NCBI RefSeq assembly: GCF_964204645.1
Contig: NC_134036.1
Location: 5,300,600 to 5,364,599, forward strand
Length of the DNA stretch: 64,000 bases
DNA from: Tubulanus polymorphus
Taxonomy: Eukaryota; Animalia; Nemertea
Reading direction: 5' to 3'
Below the pieces are notes generated by a model. The model had not been told where the DNA came from. It did no database searches and saw only the letters and a program-made list of their open reading frames with translations. Below, one piece after another: positions 11,305-22,528 of this stretch (its first letter is position 1; every line of letters begins with the position of its first letter). A program made the translations under genes and the position numbers.

Positions 11305-11786
11305 TTAGTAACATTGAAACAGTCTACAATGGTTGCTGCAACAATCAGAACTTCTGACACACGATTTGCCATTTGCAGTGCAACCTATTCGATAAAAAAT
11401 AAAATTGAAAAGAAAAATTTCGAAACGAATTTTCACTTGAATTGAGTCGCACCCCCGTTAAGAGTATGATAATTGCCCCTCGCTCATATCGATTATTCAG
11501 ACGGACAAACAGGAATTAAGAAAATACATGGACAATATCGCAAGTCGATGAAATCAATATATCTCTGACACGATATCGACCAAATTATGTCGTTCAAGCG
11601 AAAAAAATACTAAACGTTTTCTTAAAATAATTGCGACTTATATGTATATATTATTTATATTATTCATGGAAATTCTTTTTTGAAACCGTGTTTTCTTCCC
11701 AGTGGTTACTCACCATTTGCAAATGCCGCGGCACTGACCACAATTACGACAATAGAACAAACACGGGGTATCAAATGAGCAAACAT
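11305..11786 (-). CDS. Secreted knottin (ICK)-type cysteine-rich peptide, toxin-like, paralog 2: MFAHLIPRVCSIVVIVVSAAAFANGCTANGKSCVRSSDCCSNHCRLFQCY (50 aa)
   Basis: Coding exons 11786-11714 (signal peptide, donor AATG|GTGAGT) and 11384-11305 (strong polypyrimidine acceptor ...atcgaatAG|GT, TAA stop). Exon lengths (73+80 nt) and Cys spacing match paralog 1. AATAAA at 11143-11138; 5'UTR intron donor at 12268-12267. Confidence 0.88.
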
Positions 11787-12749
11787 TTTCAGTACCTAGA
11801 ATAAATTCGACAAAGATGAATTAGCAATTTGGTATTTCGGTAAATTACCAGCAATTTGGTATTTTGGTAAATTACACATTCCGATCATTAAACAGTTTCC
11901 AGTAGGCGCTCGGTGAACAAAATCTACCGCGTTTGTAATAATGCCGCTTAAGAAAACTGATAACGAAACTTCATCGAATTGGTCTTATCAGGTCGTAACA
12001 ATAATGATAACGGAATACCGAGAATATTTGTTCGTAATATTTAATTAATGTGAAGTCGTTAAAATGGCATGCTCTGCATATTTTGTAGTCGGATTCCGAG
12101 TTTCTGCCGCGAGTTTTTTTCCGGTCCCAAGTGCGAGGCGGCCACATCGCTTCGGCGTTTGGCATCGCAGAAACACGCTTACAAGTTTCTATGTCTTGTT
12201 TCTTTGTACATACGTCGACAACGAACGCTTGATCGCCGAATAATTGAATATTTCGACGCCGGGCTTACCTTAGTGACTTCTTCCAACCGATTCAACTTTC
12301 GAAATGAGAATATCTCCTTTTTGCCGAGAGCAGGAACTCTTCGCCGAATGAATAAAACACGCTGCGTGTGAAATAGCTGATGAAAAATACCAATGATTGC
12401 ACACCTGTATATTGAGCGAAATCTATATCGCCGTTTCGTTAAGCCGAATCGATGCGCATCGGGCATTCCGATATCGATCAACGCGTATCATAATTCACTA
12501 ACGTGAAGTACATTGTTTGTCATTCGGTCGTACGGGCGATCAATAAATTTACTGAGCTGTCGCTTTTCGAATTTCTGAATATTTATTTTCTACACGCCAT
12601 TTCAATATTTTAACAGATCTACGGTGCCTATATGGAACGCTTCATTTTTTGAGTAAAAGAAATAGACTTTATAAGGGTTCATTGTTATCATGGCGAACTC
12701 GCACGAAATCAGCGAGCATATACTACGGGCCGTATTTCTTGACCTACAC

Positions 12750-13030
12750 GGGTATATAATACATACTGAAAACTGCTGTCGTGCGTAGAAAGTTTAGACC
12801 GTTTTTACTGTTTAACAACTGCGCCTCGAGGCATTCGTCATATATATACGCCTCGCTGTAATATCTATTCAGCATCTCTCTCGGCTAGAATCGATTTCTA
12901 GAAAACGCGCCGAGATATGCAAAATATTTCAAAATGCGACAGGTATTGCTACGCTATACTTAAGGATGAGGCCTGATCTGCTTTATAGCTTTAAATCGTA
13001 CGCAATATTCGGATTTCGTCGACAGGTAAT
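12750..13030 (+). promoter_or_regulatory. Conserved upstream block (putative promoter/5'UTR exon) of GPCR copy 1; homologs at ~26200-26505, ~37100-37397, ~46740-47010 and ~57640-57942
   Basis: The motif string (atacata.tgaaaactgctgtcgtg...agaaag.tagaccgtttttac...GCCTCGAGGC...aatatctatt...ttctagaaaa) recurs 0.8-1.4 kb upstream of all five start codons. It is followed in four copies by a donor-like AG|GTAA (GT at 13026, 26504, 37396, 57941). All five copies have an acceptor-like tcgcAG just upstream of the start. Confidence 0.5.
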
Positions 13031-13956
13031 CTTTGATTCCTGAGCAATTTTTTTTGTGTCGCCAAATAGGCATAAGATTCAAGGCAACGCTAACCACGCA
13101 GGTATTTAAATTTGACTAAAAATGACAGAAGTTTTCTATTACGCGAAATCTTTTCCGTACCGATAATTCATTCCTTATTCAAATTTTACTATGAGGGGTT
13201 TTAATAGAAGGGCGACGTGGCTTGAACTTGCTGACTAGTTTATGAAAATTTCCTAAGGGGTAGTGGTGTGGGGGTATGAGGTAATGTACGCAATTGAAGA
13301 TGGCCAAAATAAAGCGACATGCAAGTCCTTCTCACACAAATGTTTCATGCATTGAACATGCATTGCTGATACTTGTGCGGCCTATTCAAGACTCGGTAAG
13401 TCTCGTATCAGAGATATACTTGTGTTCAATGAGATCGAGTTGATTCACGTTTCATGTTCCAAATATCGATCAAATCAACAGCGGTTTCGATGTCATTAGG
13501 TTTTGTACATCGTTTCTGTCTAAGCAGTTATGGATTAAAATTATAGATTAGAAAAAATTGATTCGAAAATTGCAAAAATGATTCGATCTTTCTCTCGATC
13601 CAATATCGGTAACCTAATTTTTTCTTTTGATAACATAACGTTCGCAATCGATATGAATAACAATCAGTAATTATATTCGATTTTGAATGCCTATTGATTG
13701 GAAAGTAAAATTGATGAACCCGTAATATGAACAAGAATGAAAACTAGAATAGCTGCAAAAATCATCATTCCTTTGTTCGCTCGCGTTATTCATATTTTCT
13801 TGGTATGCAGCATGCAACATTCGCATTCTTATTGAAAACGTTTGAAGAATGTTCGACTCGGTGGAGCGAATTTTCTGATTGGATGAAATCGGATCGTGAC
13901 CTGACCAATAAACGATTCTGTGATACCTGACGAATTTCGTTCATTCTGTCGCAGTG

Positions 13957-16900
13957 ATGTTGTTCGGTATGGAGCAGCGACTGAGAGCGCTGTTTATAGC
14001 GTCGCTGATCGTCTGTCAAGTTCGCATCGCTTGCGCTGATCGCGCAGACTCTATCGAGGAATCGTCTGTGACGGTAAGTTCGTCTTGTAACAACACGTGG
14101 TACCCGCTAGATTCTACGTCCGGTTACATCGTTTCACCGAATTACCCTTCGTTGACGCTCGGTGTTGAATGTCGTTGGTTCGTCGACAGCTCTTTACCGG
14201 GAACGTTTCACGTCCAGGTTTACTACGACATTGAGCCATCATTATTCTGCAATGATAACTATATTCTCGTCCATGAGTCTGGTAACCGATTGTGCGGTTA
14301 TGGTAAACCTGAAATCCAACGTAACGATTCGATCTCGTTGATGTTTAGGAGTAACGTCGATGGTACGCGAGGTAGTCGGCTTTATGTCGTATATCGATAT
14401 GATCGAAGTCGATTGAAGATCAGCCACGGATGCGGGATAAGGGATTTTCAAGTTAATGAATTGAAAACATCGACCGGGTACAAATTCACGATGTTCTTTC
14501 ATAATGGATGTCAGCTGTTCGTCGAATGGATCGGCATCCCGGATGGTTTGGCGATTAATGTAACCTTTGTTGATTTGGACCTTAAACTATTTCCTCGCGC
14601 TGATGTCGATCCAGCGGCGAGTTTTCGAATCTATGATGGCTGGAACAGTAGCAGTGAACCGATAGCAATCATAGGCGTACAGAGCGGACAACAGCCGTCA
14701 TCGTTTTATACCAAAACTAACAAAGCAATGATTTCTGCGTCAGGGCAACGCGAAACGACGACTAAACTTATGTTTCAAATGTATGAAATATCAGATTGGA
14801 ACGTATCTAATCCGTTGTTTCAGATCTCTAATAACGAGTCGGGAGTGCTCATTCCCGATGACAACAGTTTACACGTAATAACTCGATCAAAACACTTACA
14901 CTGCTGGTCTATCACAGTGCAGGTGTTACAGTACGTCGTCTTCAACTGGACACGTGATCTCAGCACATCCGGTGACGTCATTGGTGTATATAAACAAGAA
15001 GGGTTACGTGTTGTAGGAACTGATATTTTACTCGGTTACAACCACCTGGAATCACTGAGTGTCAAATCTGACGGATTTCTCGTCATACTGTGCGTCCTAA
15101 CGAGACCGTACATCACAGAATCGAATACGAGAATAGGCTTCAGAGTAATATCAATATCGATGTCAAAATTGCGCATCACTAAACTCAGGGTAAGTGTCAA
15201 ATTATACATGCTCTTTAATGCAAGCCTCGACGAGTGATATTTGCATCTATGATATACAATTGGTAATATAAATTAATCTTACCCACAAATCGCATACATT
15301 TAGATATTTGGCAAACTAAAAACGGCGTCGCTGGCATACTACTTGCTGCTACCAGCTCCAACGAGGACTTTGAGGTATCGTGTAAATATGTACGAGTTCA
15401 AATGGAAAGTTGAAATCTACGAGAGCGACCTTCAATTAACGGTGCTGTCTGTGAATTGCGAGCGAGCTGGATTTTACATATACGACGGTGGTAATTTCAC
15501 GGCTAGACGATACGGTCCGTATTGTCCCGGTTTATCGGGTTATGTACGAAGTGTCGTCAGTCTGATAACATCAGGTGGACCGGTTATCGTAGTTGGATAT
15601 AATTATAACTGTCAGAGAAAGCGGATAGCAAGTGGCTCTTTAGATTTACGTGCGACTGAATGTGACAGTTTTACTCTACGGGAAGGAGAACACCAGGTGA
15701 CAGTGCAGACGTCGAACTGTTTCAGGATTACACCCGAAAACCGAGTTCGATTACATAGAGTGTACGTATTTTCAAAGCACGAATATGAAATTGGTGGGTG
15801 CACGCCGGATTATACGGAACCTCTCAGGAGATGTAGATTTTTCATGTCTCTCAGTATTCAGCGTCTCAATAACAGTGTCATACTGCACACTGTGACGTTC
15901 AGATGGACTAATTTGTTCTGGAGACTCCCGTTTATCGTTGAGTTGCGGCGCAGTTGCCAAACATTAATCCAGACTAACTCAAACATTGGCTGGATCGACA
16001 GGCGGAAAGGAGGCGACTGTGGAATCGTGCAGTCACCGAATTACCCTAGATCTGCCGGAACTTCAACTGTTACATTAAAATACAGAATAAAGTTCTGGGC
16101 GACCGCAACCCGGATTCAGTTCTACCGATTTGTCATCAAAAGCATGGAAAAGACGTCGTGTATGAAAGAATCCCGAGACAAACTGGAATCCGTCTTGTTT
16201 ATCCAGGAACTGAGTTATAAATCCACTTTTAGGAGCGCTGCCCGAAAAACAATAAAACTATGCGACAAGTTTGCTGAGCCTGGAATTACGTTTTACAGTT
16301 TACTTGAAATATGGATGTGGTTCGAGGTGAAAAACCGAATACCCAAATTTAAGATACAATACGTTTTAGAGCAGTTACCGGTAAAACCGTTAAGAAATGT
16401 CTGTAAATCTGGATTCCTAGATTCGGGAATTTCATGCGTCAAATATATCAGAGATGAACGCCTGAATTGGGAGAATGCTGAATTGTACTGTAGACAGAAG
16501 TACGCGGGACATCTACTCAGCATCAACTCAGAACAGGAGATGATTTCTGTAAAAACATTATTCGCTACGAAACCTTTGATTGTCGAGGCGTATTCACAGA
16601 AAGCGCTCATAATGATGATTGGATTAAAGATACAGGTATGTGGAACAGCACGTCCTAACCCCAACCCGGTATTCGTTGCATTAAAAACAAAACAAAGTCT
16701 GTCGGCTGGCTCGTTTTTCAAGTTTTTCAAGATTTTCATGTTTGTATTCATAGTCGACGACTGGTTATAATTGTGAATTGTACGCATTGCTAATTGACCG
16801 TATTTATCTTTTCAGCTTGCAACTGGTTACTACCGGTGGACTGATGGGAAACCATTGAGCTACACAGAGTGGTATAAACCTACAAATAACGACACGATAC

Positions 16901-19900
16901 CAGAAGTTATTGAAGGATTGATATCTCCTCTCAGAAAACAACCCATAAATGACGTCAATATGCCGTGTACGGCGATGATACTGAATAATCCACGAGGATC
17001 AGCGAACTGGGTTCGATTCCCCTGCGAAATCGAAGAGGTTCACACGGGTTTCATTTGTGAAACGGAAAGAGATGATTACGAAAATGCAACAGTTAAAACG
17101 TTAAATATAACCAAAAACAACACAATTCTGATACGTAAAAAATTACAATTTTTGGAAACTGGGTTCAATGACGCGAGCTGTGTGTTTGGTTGGGTAAGCA
17201 TAAATAAACAATGCTATCAAATACTGACGGACTGGAACAAACATCAAGGTTTAGATATGATAACGGCGACGGAGATGTGTGACGAAATCCGAGGCAAAAT
17301 AGCCACCGTTATAACCAGTTACACAGAAAACGAAACAATGAACTTGATATCAAAATTTAACTTTCAACATCAATATAGCTCCATACTTTTTATGACATAT
17401 AATGACCGACCACTAGTTTTAAAACCAATAATCACTAGAGATGACATTACTTATGTCAAATCAGTTAAATGGATAATGAAACAGTTTGATAATGCGAAAG
17501 ATACAGCGCATTCTGTTTTGTGTTCGTACAATGTAACTGGTGAAGAGTTAGCTTCTATAAGCGGTTGTAAATCGTGGCAGTTTAAATGTAACGATCAAAG
17601 ATGTATCAGCGACCATCGCGTATGTGATACCAGACACGACTGTCAATACGGTGAGGATGAACTCAATTGTACGGATATTAATTTGCACAGCCAGTTTTAT
17701 TGCAATGATGGTCAGGTTATATCAATAAGTGGTTTCTGTGATTTCATACAAGATTGTGCGGATGGTTCTGATGAGAACTCGTGTTTTCACCCCCCGTGTT
17801 TGTCCGAACAATTTCGGTGCATAAGTGGTCAATGTGTCAGTAGGTCTTACAGATGCGATGGAGTCACTAATTGTAAAGACGGCTCAGATGAAATCGGTTG
17901 CACTTCTGGACAATGTCAAGGGTTCCTGTGTAAGAGTGGAGATTGTATCAGTTCTCAGTTTTATCATGATGGTGTCGTGGATTGTAGTGGAAGCCTCGAA
18001 GAAGATGAATTAGTATTAGCTACCAATGTTACAGTGAATCCTACGATCCATTGTAATTATGAAAACCACTGTACGACTAACTTCACAAATCTATGTACGG
18101 AATCTGATGAACAAAGATGTTCTTTTAATTCTCTTCATTGTTATTCAAGACGTCACAGATGTATTCTAGAAAGAATGACTAATGGTTTCCCAGTTTGTAG
18201 AAATCTTGAACACGTATTGAGATGTGAAGAATTTGAATGTCCGGCTAGTACTGTAAAATGCCCAGCCTCGTACTGTATACCGATCAGACAGGTGTGCGAT
18301 GGTCAATCGGATTGTCCTAATTCAGAAGATGAGCAAAACTGCGAGACATTTTCATGTCCAGGAATGTATAAATGTGGCCACGAAAATAGGTGCATTACAC
18401 AATCTGAAGTTTGCGATGGTGTCGTAAATTGTAAATATACAACTGATGACGAGGCTTTCTGTAACGTCACCTGCCTGAGAGGTTGTAAGTGTCAAGGTCA
18501 TCTGACCGAGTGTAGAAATACTGGTTTAACAAACATTACCGGTCTTTTCTCGGCTTCAACTCGAGTTTTAATTTTGTCGAATAACGAAATTACCTTAGAC
18601 ATGTCGACATTCCTTTCATACATCTATTTGCGCATGCTCAACATCTCCGACAATGAATTGTCTCATATTTTACCTAAATCGTTCTCAAACCTGCATAATC
18701 TACATACATTAGATCTTACACACAACAACATAACATCATTATCTGCAAAAACATTCATCGGTTTGTATAGTTTGAAAGAATTATTGATTACTGAAAATCC
18801 GATAGTTCATTTACAGGACGATACCTTCCAAGATTTGAAGTCACTTAAAGTTCTCGACCTTCATGAACTTTCGTTGTTGGTGCTTGGTAGAAACGTATTT
18901 CGAGGTTTATCTACATTACAGTCGTTGAATATCAGCAATAACAGAATCCATCATATTTCGCTTTACGCATTTTCTGGATTAACTTCACTTGAAATTCTTG
19001 ATATAACCAACAACTACAAAGTTATTTCTGTCGACAGAAATGTTTTCAACAATCTGACATCATTGGTCTCCTTAAAGTCTGATGCTTACAAATTTTGCTG
19101 CATGGCTCCGAATGTTGACCAGTGCCTTCCGGAAGCTGATCAATTTTCCTCGTGTTCTGATCTGATGGGTAACACAGTCCTCAGAGCTATCATTTGGGTG
19201 ATCGCTTCATTCAGTTCCATCGCTAACGGAATTGTCATTTCACTTCGCATTCGATCGATTCGATTTTCCTCCTCAAATCCATCTTCAGATATCATCATCA
19301 TTAATGTTGCTGTGTGTGATTTCATAATGTCTATATATTTGTTTCTGATCGCTGGAGCCGATTACAATTATTCTGGCATTTACTTTCTCAATTCGGAATT
19401 ATGGATGGATAGTCCATTTTGTTGTCTTGCTGGGATCACGGTGTCTATTTCTTGTGAAGGTTCATTGATATTTTTGCTCATCATGACACGTCATAGGTTC
19501 GCAAATATCGTTAATCCATTTTCAGGAAGTGCAATTTCATCTCCTAGATATGTGTGCGCTATTTGTTGCACATCTTGGATTATTTTGTGTGCTATTGCAT
19601 TGCTACCTCTAACACCTATCCCTTACTTCGGAAACAATTTTTACGGTACAACCGGAGTTTGTTTACCGATGAATTTACTTTCAATTGAAGTCAATGCCTG
19701 GCAATATTCATTAGCTATTTTTTCATTATCCAACTCATTCATACTCACTACGATAATGGCAACGTATGTACAAATGTACAGACTCGTATCTGGAAGTAGG
19801 TCTGGTTCGGGTAGAATTGACCCTACAGAACTAGTTTTAGCACGTAGGAGTTTGGTGATAAATCTGTGTAATCTATTTTGCTGGCTGCCGTTAATCATCG

Positions 19901-20076
19901 TTCAGTTTTGCGCGGTATTACGGGTGGAAATACCGAATCAGGTGGCGGCTTGGCTGGCGGTTCTTTTCTTACCGATCAACTCGTCCCTCAATCCCCTTCT
20001 TTACACAATACTGACTATCGATATGAAATCCATACGAGCAAAAACTAAACGCACGCAACATCGAACAGATAAATGA
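13957..20076 (+). CDS. GRL101: GRL101-like LDLa-LRR GPCR with N-terminal CUB and C-type lectin domains, copy 1 (type A), ~1941 aa
   Basis: Exons 13957-15189, 15304-16635 and 16816-20076; introns AGG|GTAAGT...TAG and CAG|GTATGT...TTTCAG, both phase 0 and in frame. Signal peptide; CUB motifs (SGYIVSPNYP, IYDG, CGIVQSPNYP); CTL (LNWENAELYC...MIGL...WTDG...FICE); LDLa repeats (CDxxxDCxDGSDE); LRRs; hinge KFCC...FSSCSDLM; 7TM ending PINSSLNPLLY. The symbol denotes family resemblance, not proven orthology. Confidence 0.9.
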
Positions 20077-20620
20077 AATAGCGCAGAGTGTTTGGTATTT
20101 ATCACCAGTCAATACGATCTTTCAATTTTATTTTCTGTCGGGGATATTTAATGATAAATCATCATTCTACACACTATACACCCACTCCCACTTATTTTTG
20201 CGTTGTTCACTTTTCACTGTTTTTTTTCGCATGCAATAAATTTGTTACATTTATTCAATTACTAGATATCATTAACGTGTCAATATCTGCAATGGATGTA
20301 TGGAGTATTAATCATAACATCCGGGTTACAGCTTTGAATTCGGGTCGCTGTATCTCCAATACACTCAACACTCAATTGAAACACTCCAGGTTAAAACTAT
20401 TTCAGTACTGACCATAAACCCACCGACCGTACTCAGACAGAAATTCTCCGGGTGATTAAACAAAACCGCCGGTAAAGAGATACTGTAAATGTTACTAAAG
20501 AGGTACCGTACCCACATTAGAGCACTATAGCTGGTTACAAAAAATATATGTTCACGCTTATTATATGGGCACCTTGGTGACCTAAATAATAAATAATAAA
20601 ATGCGAATATCCTACCAATT

Positions 20621-22375
20621 AACCATTTTACAGTTGCTAGCCGCCATTTTGTTAGGGTACTTTTGTCCTGTATTGTTGGGTCATTATTTTCTACTTTTTA
20701 GAAACTATTTGTGATGCGTGTTTTATCATATCTCATCTGTCCCCGGATAGATTTTGACAGTTTTAGCAACATTTAAACCGTGTGAATCTCTAGTTTTCAG
20801 TTATGCAAAGATCATTTTTCAAATTTGCAACAATGCGACATGAGAGCGATATAAAAATCGGTGGTCAGTTTTTGCCGCGCGCATAAAAATCCTGGGTACT
20901 GAACTTTGAAGTTCATTATTTCCAGAAATAACATTCTAAAAAATCCAAACATTTCAAGAACTGTGCGCATACACGCCCCCTTTCAAGTGAACTTTAAAAT
21001 TTTAAGAAATCTTGCCTAGTTTTTATTCTATGGCTCTTTAACTGCAGCGCGTGTATTGTCATTCCGGGTTTCGGCGCTGTTTTCTATGCGTGTATTTCAG
21101 TATATGGGTGTTATTTTTTCATTCTTACTTCACTTGTTTCCACGGAAAATGGTTTTAATTGTTGGTACGAGTATCAGGTTCAAATATTACGTCATTAATA
21201 CTCCATTCTGTTCTCTTTTAACGGCGCTAGTTCGTAATGCCTGTAATGGTAGCCGCTTTTACTGCAGGCCGAGGCTTACGTACATGCACCCAAGAAAACC
21301 CCAAATATCACTATTTTGTTGTAAATGCAATCCACACACTTCTTGCGTTTTTGGTGATGGTAGATGTCACTTTTTACTTTTAATCACCTGTGTCTGCCAT
21401 TCAGACTTGATACTTGATATTTCACCACCAAAACAAGAAAACGCTTTCTTATATTTTTTTCCCCGATCTAATCAATCTTTTGTGTACTTTATAGAAAGTA
21501 TTCATAGAAAGTAGCTGAATATCCCCCCATATGTCCAGCTTTTTGACCACTTCTCCATCCATCTAATTTCAGTGGATAGTGTACATTGATTAATGGACTA
21601 CTGAATTAAATGGTCATCATACTCGATTTTGAGTGTTATATTTGTTTTCTTCTTCCATCTCAATATAGGCCTATATATTCTCTTCCCGCGTGTAACTTCG
21701 AATGGGCGCGTGATCAAAATGCCGCTCAGTCTCTGCTGCTGAATCGTGAGAAAAATCTTTAAAACCCAAAAATCTCTCATGTCTCTGAATATTGCATAAA
21801 TGACGTAATATTTAAAGCTGATACTCGTACCAACAATTAAAACCATTTTCCGTGGAGACAAGTGTAGTAAAAATGAAAAAAATAACACCGATATACTGAA
21901 ATACACGCATAGAAAACAGCGCCGAAACCCGGAATGACAATACACGCGCTGTAGTTAAAGAGCCATAGGATAAAAACTAGGCAAGATATCTTAAGATTTT
22001 AAAGTTCACTTGAAAGGGGGCGTTTATGCGCACAGTTCTTGAAATGTTTGGATTTTCTAGAAAATAATTTCTGAAAATAATGAACTTCAAATTTCAGTAC
22101 CCTGGATTTTTATGCGTGCAGCAAAAACCGACCACCGATTTCTATATCGCTCTCATGTCGCATTGTTGCAAATTTGAAAAATGATCTTTGCATAACTGAA
22201 AACTAGAGATTCACACGGTTTGAATGTTGCAAAAACTGTCAAAATCTATCGAGGGACAGATGAGATATGATAAAACACGCATCACAAATAGTTTTTAAAA
22301 AGGAGAAACTAATGACCCAACAATACAGGACAAAAGTACCCTAACAAAATGGCGGCTAGCAACTGTAAAATGGTT
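20621..22375. mobile_element. Foldback-type non-autonomous DNA element, ~1.75 kb, with ~575-bp terminal inverted repeats
   Basis: 20621-21196 is the reverse complement of 21799-22375 (aaccattttacagttgctagccgcc ... ggcggctagcaactgtaaaatggtt). The paralogous spacers have the empty site ccaattgctatacatag (~33523, ~54443). Flanks AATT/TATT are consistent with a short imperfect TSD. Confidence 0.9.
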
Positions 22376-22418
22376 TATTGCTATACATAGCCTGCTTTTC
22401 TTTTCTGCAGTGTGCTCA

Positions 22419-22528
22419 GGACCCAGTTCCACAGTCGTGAGTTAGAGTTAACCCTGATTTAAAGTTAGTTCGTTTTCAATGAGTTAACCCAGAGTCATAT
22501 CTTAACTCAGAATTGTGGAACTGGGGCC
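22419..22528. mobile_element. Small MITE (~110 bp), PIF/Harbinger-like; second copy at 33568-33677
   Basis: tca|GGACCCAGTTCCACA ... TGTGGAACTGGGGCC|tga; absent from the homologous position after copy 4 (~54485). Confidence 0.7.

Noticed and set aside
6319-12481. Similar minus-strand ORFs 6319-6510 and 12179-12481 (LTKRRYRF...RKLN.LEE) as a coding exon of the knottin genes
   Set aside because: The paralogs differ by a non-triplet indel before the shared donor, so they would splice into different frames; best read as 5'UTR.
13954-16770. Treating the ~420-470-aa CUB ORFs as separate genes from the ~1,050-aa GPCR ORFs
   Set aside because: Short canonical phase-0 introns at homologous positions join them in frame in all five copies, the CTL domain is split across the second intron, and only the first ORF has a signal peptide.
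14242-16787. Recurrent antisense and alternative-frame ORFs inside the GPCR exons (14242-14502, 16293-16787 and equivalents in other copies)
   Set aside because: Shadows of the conserved sense CDS; they recur only because the gene is duplicated.
21056-21945. Converging ORFs 21056-21514 (+) and 21598-21945 (-) with similar N-termini, as a transposase
   Set aside because: The similarity comes from the inverted repeat arms; no transposase motifs seen.
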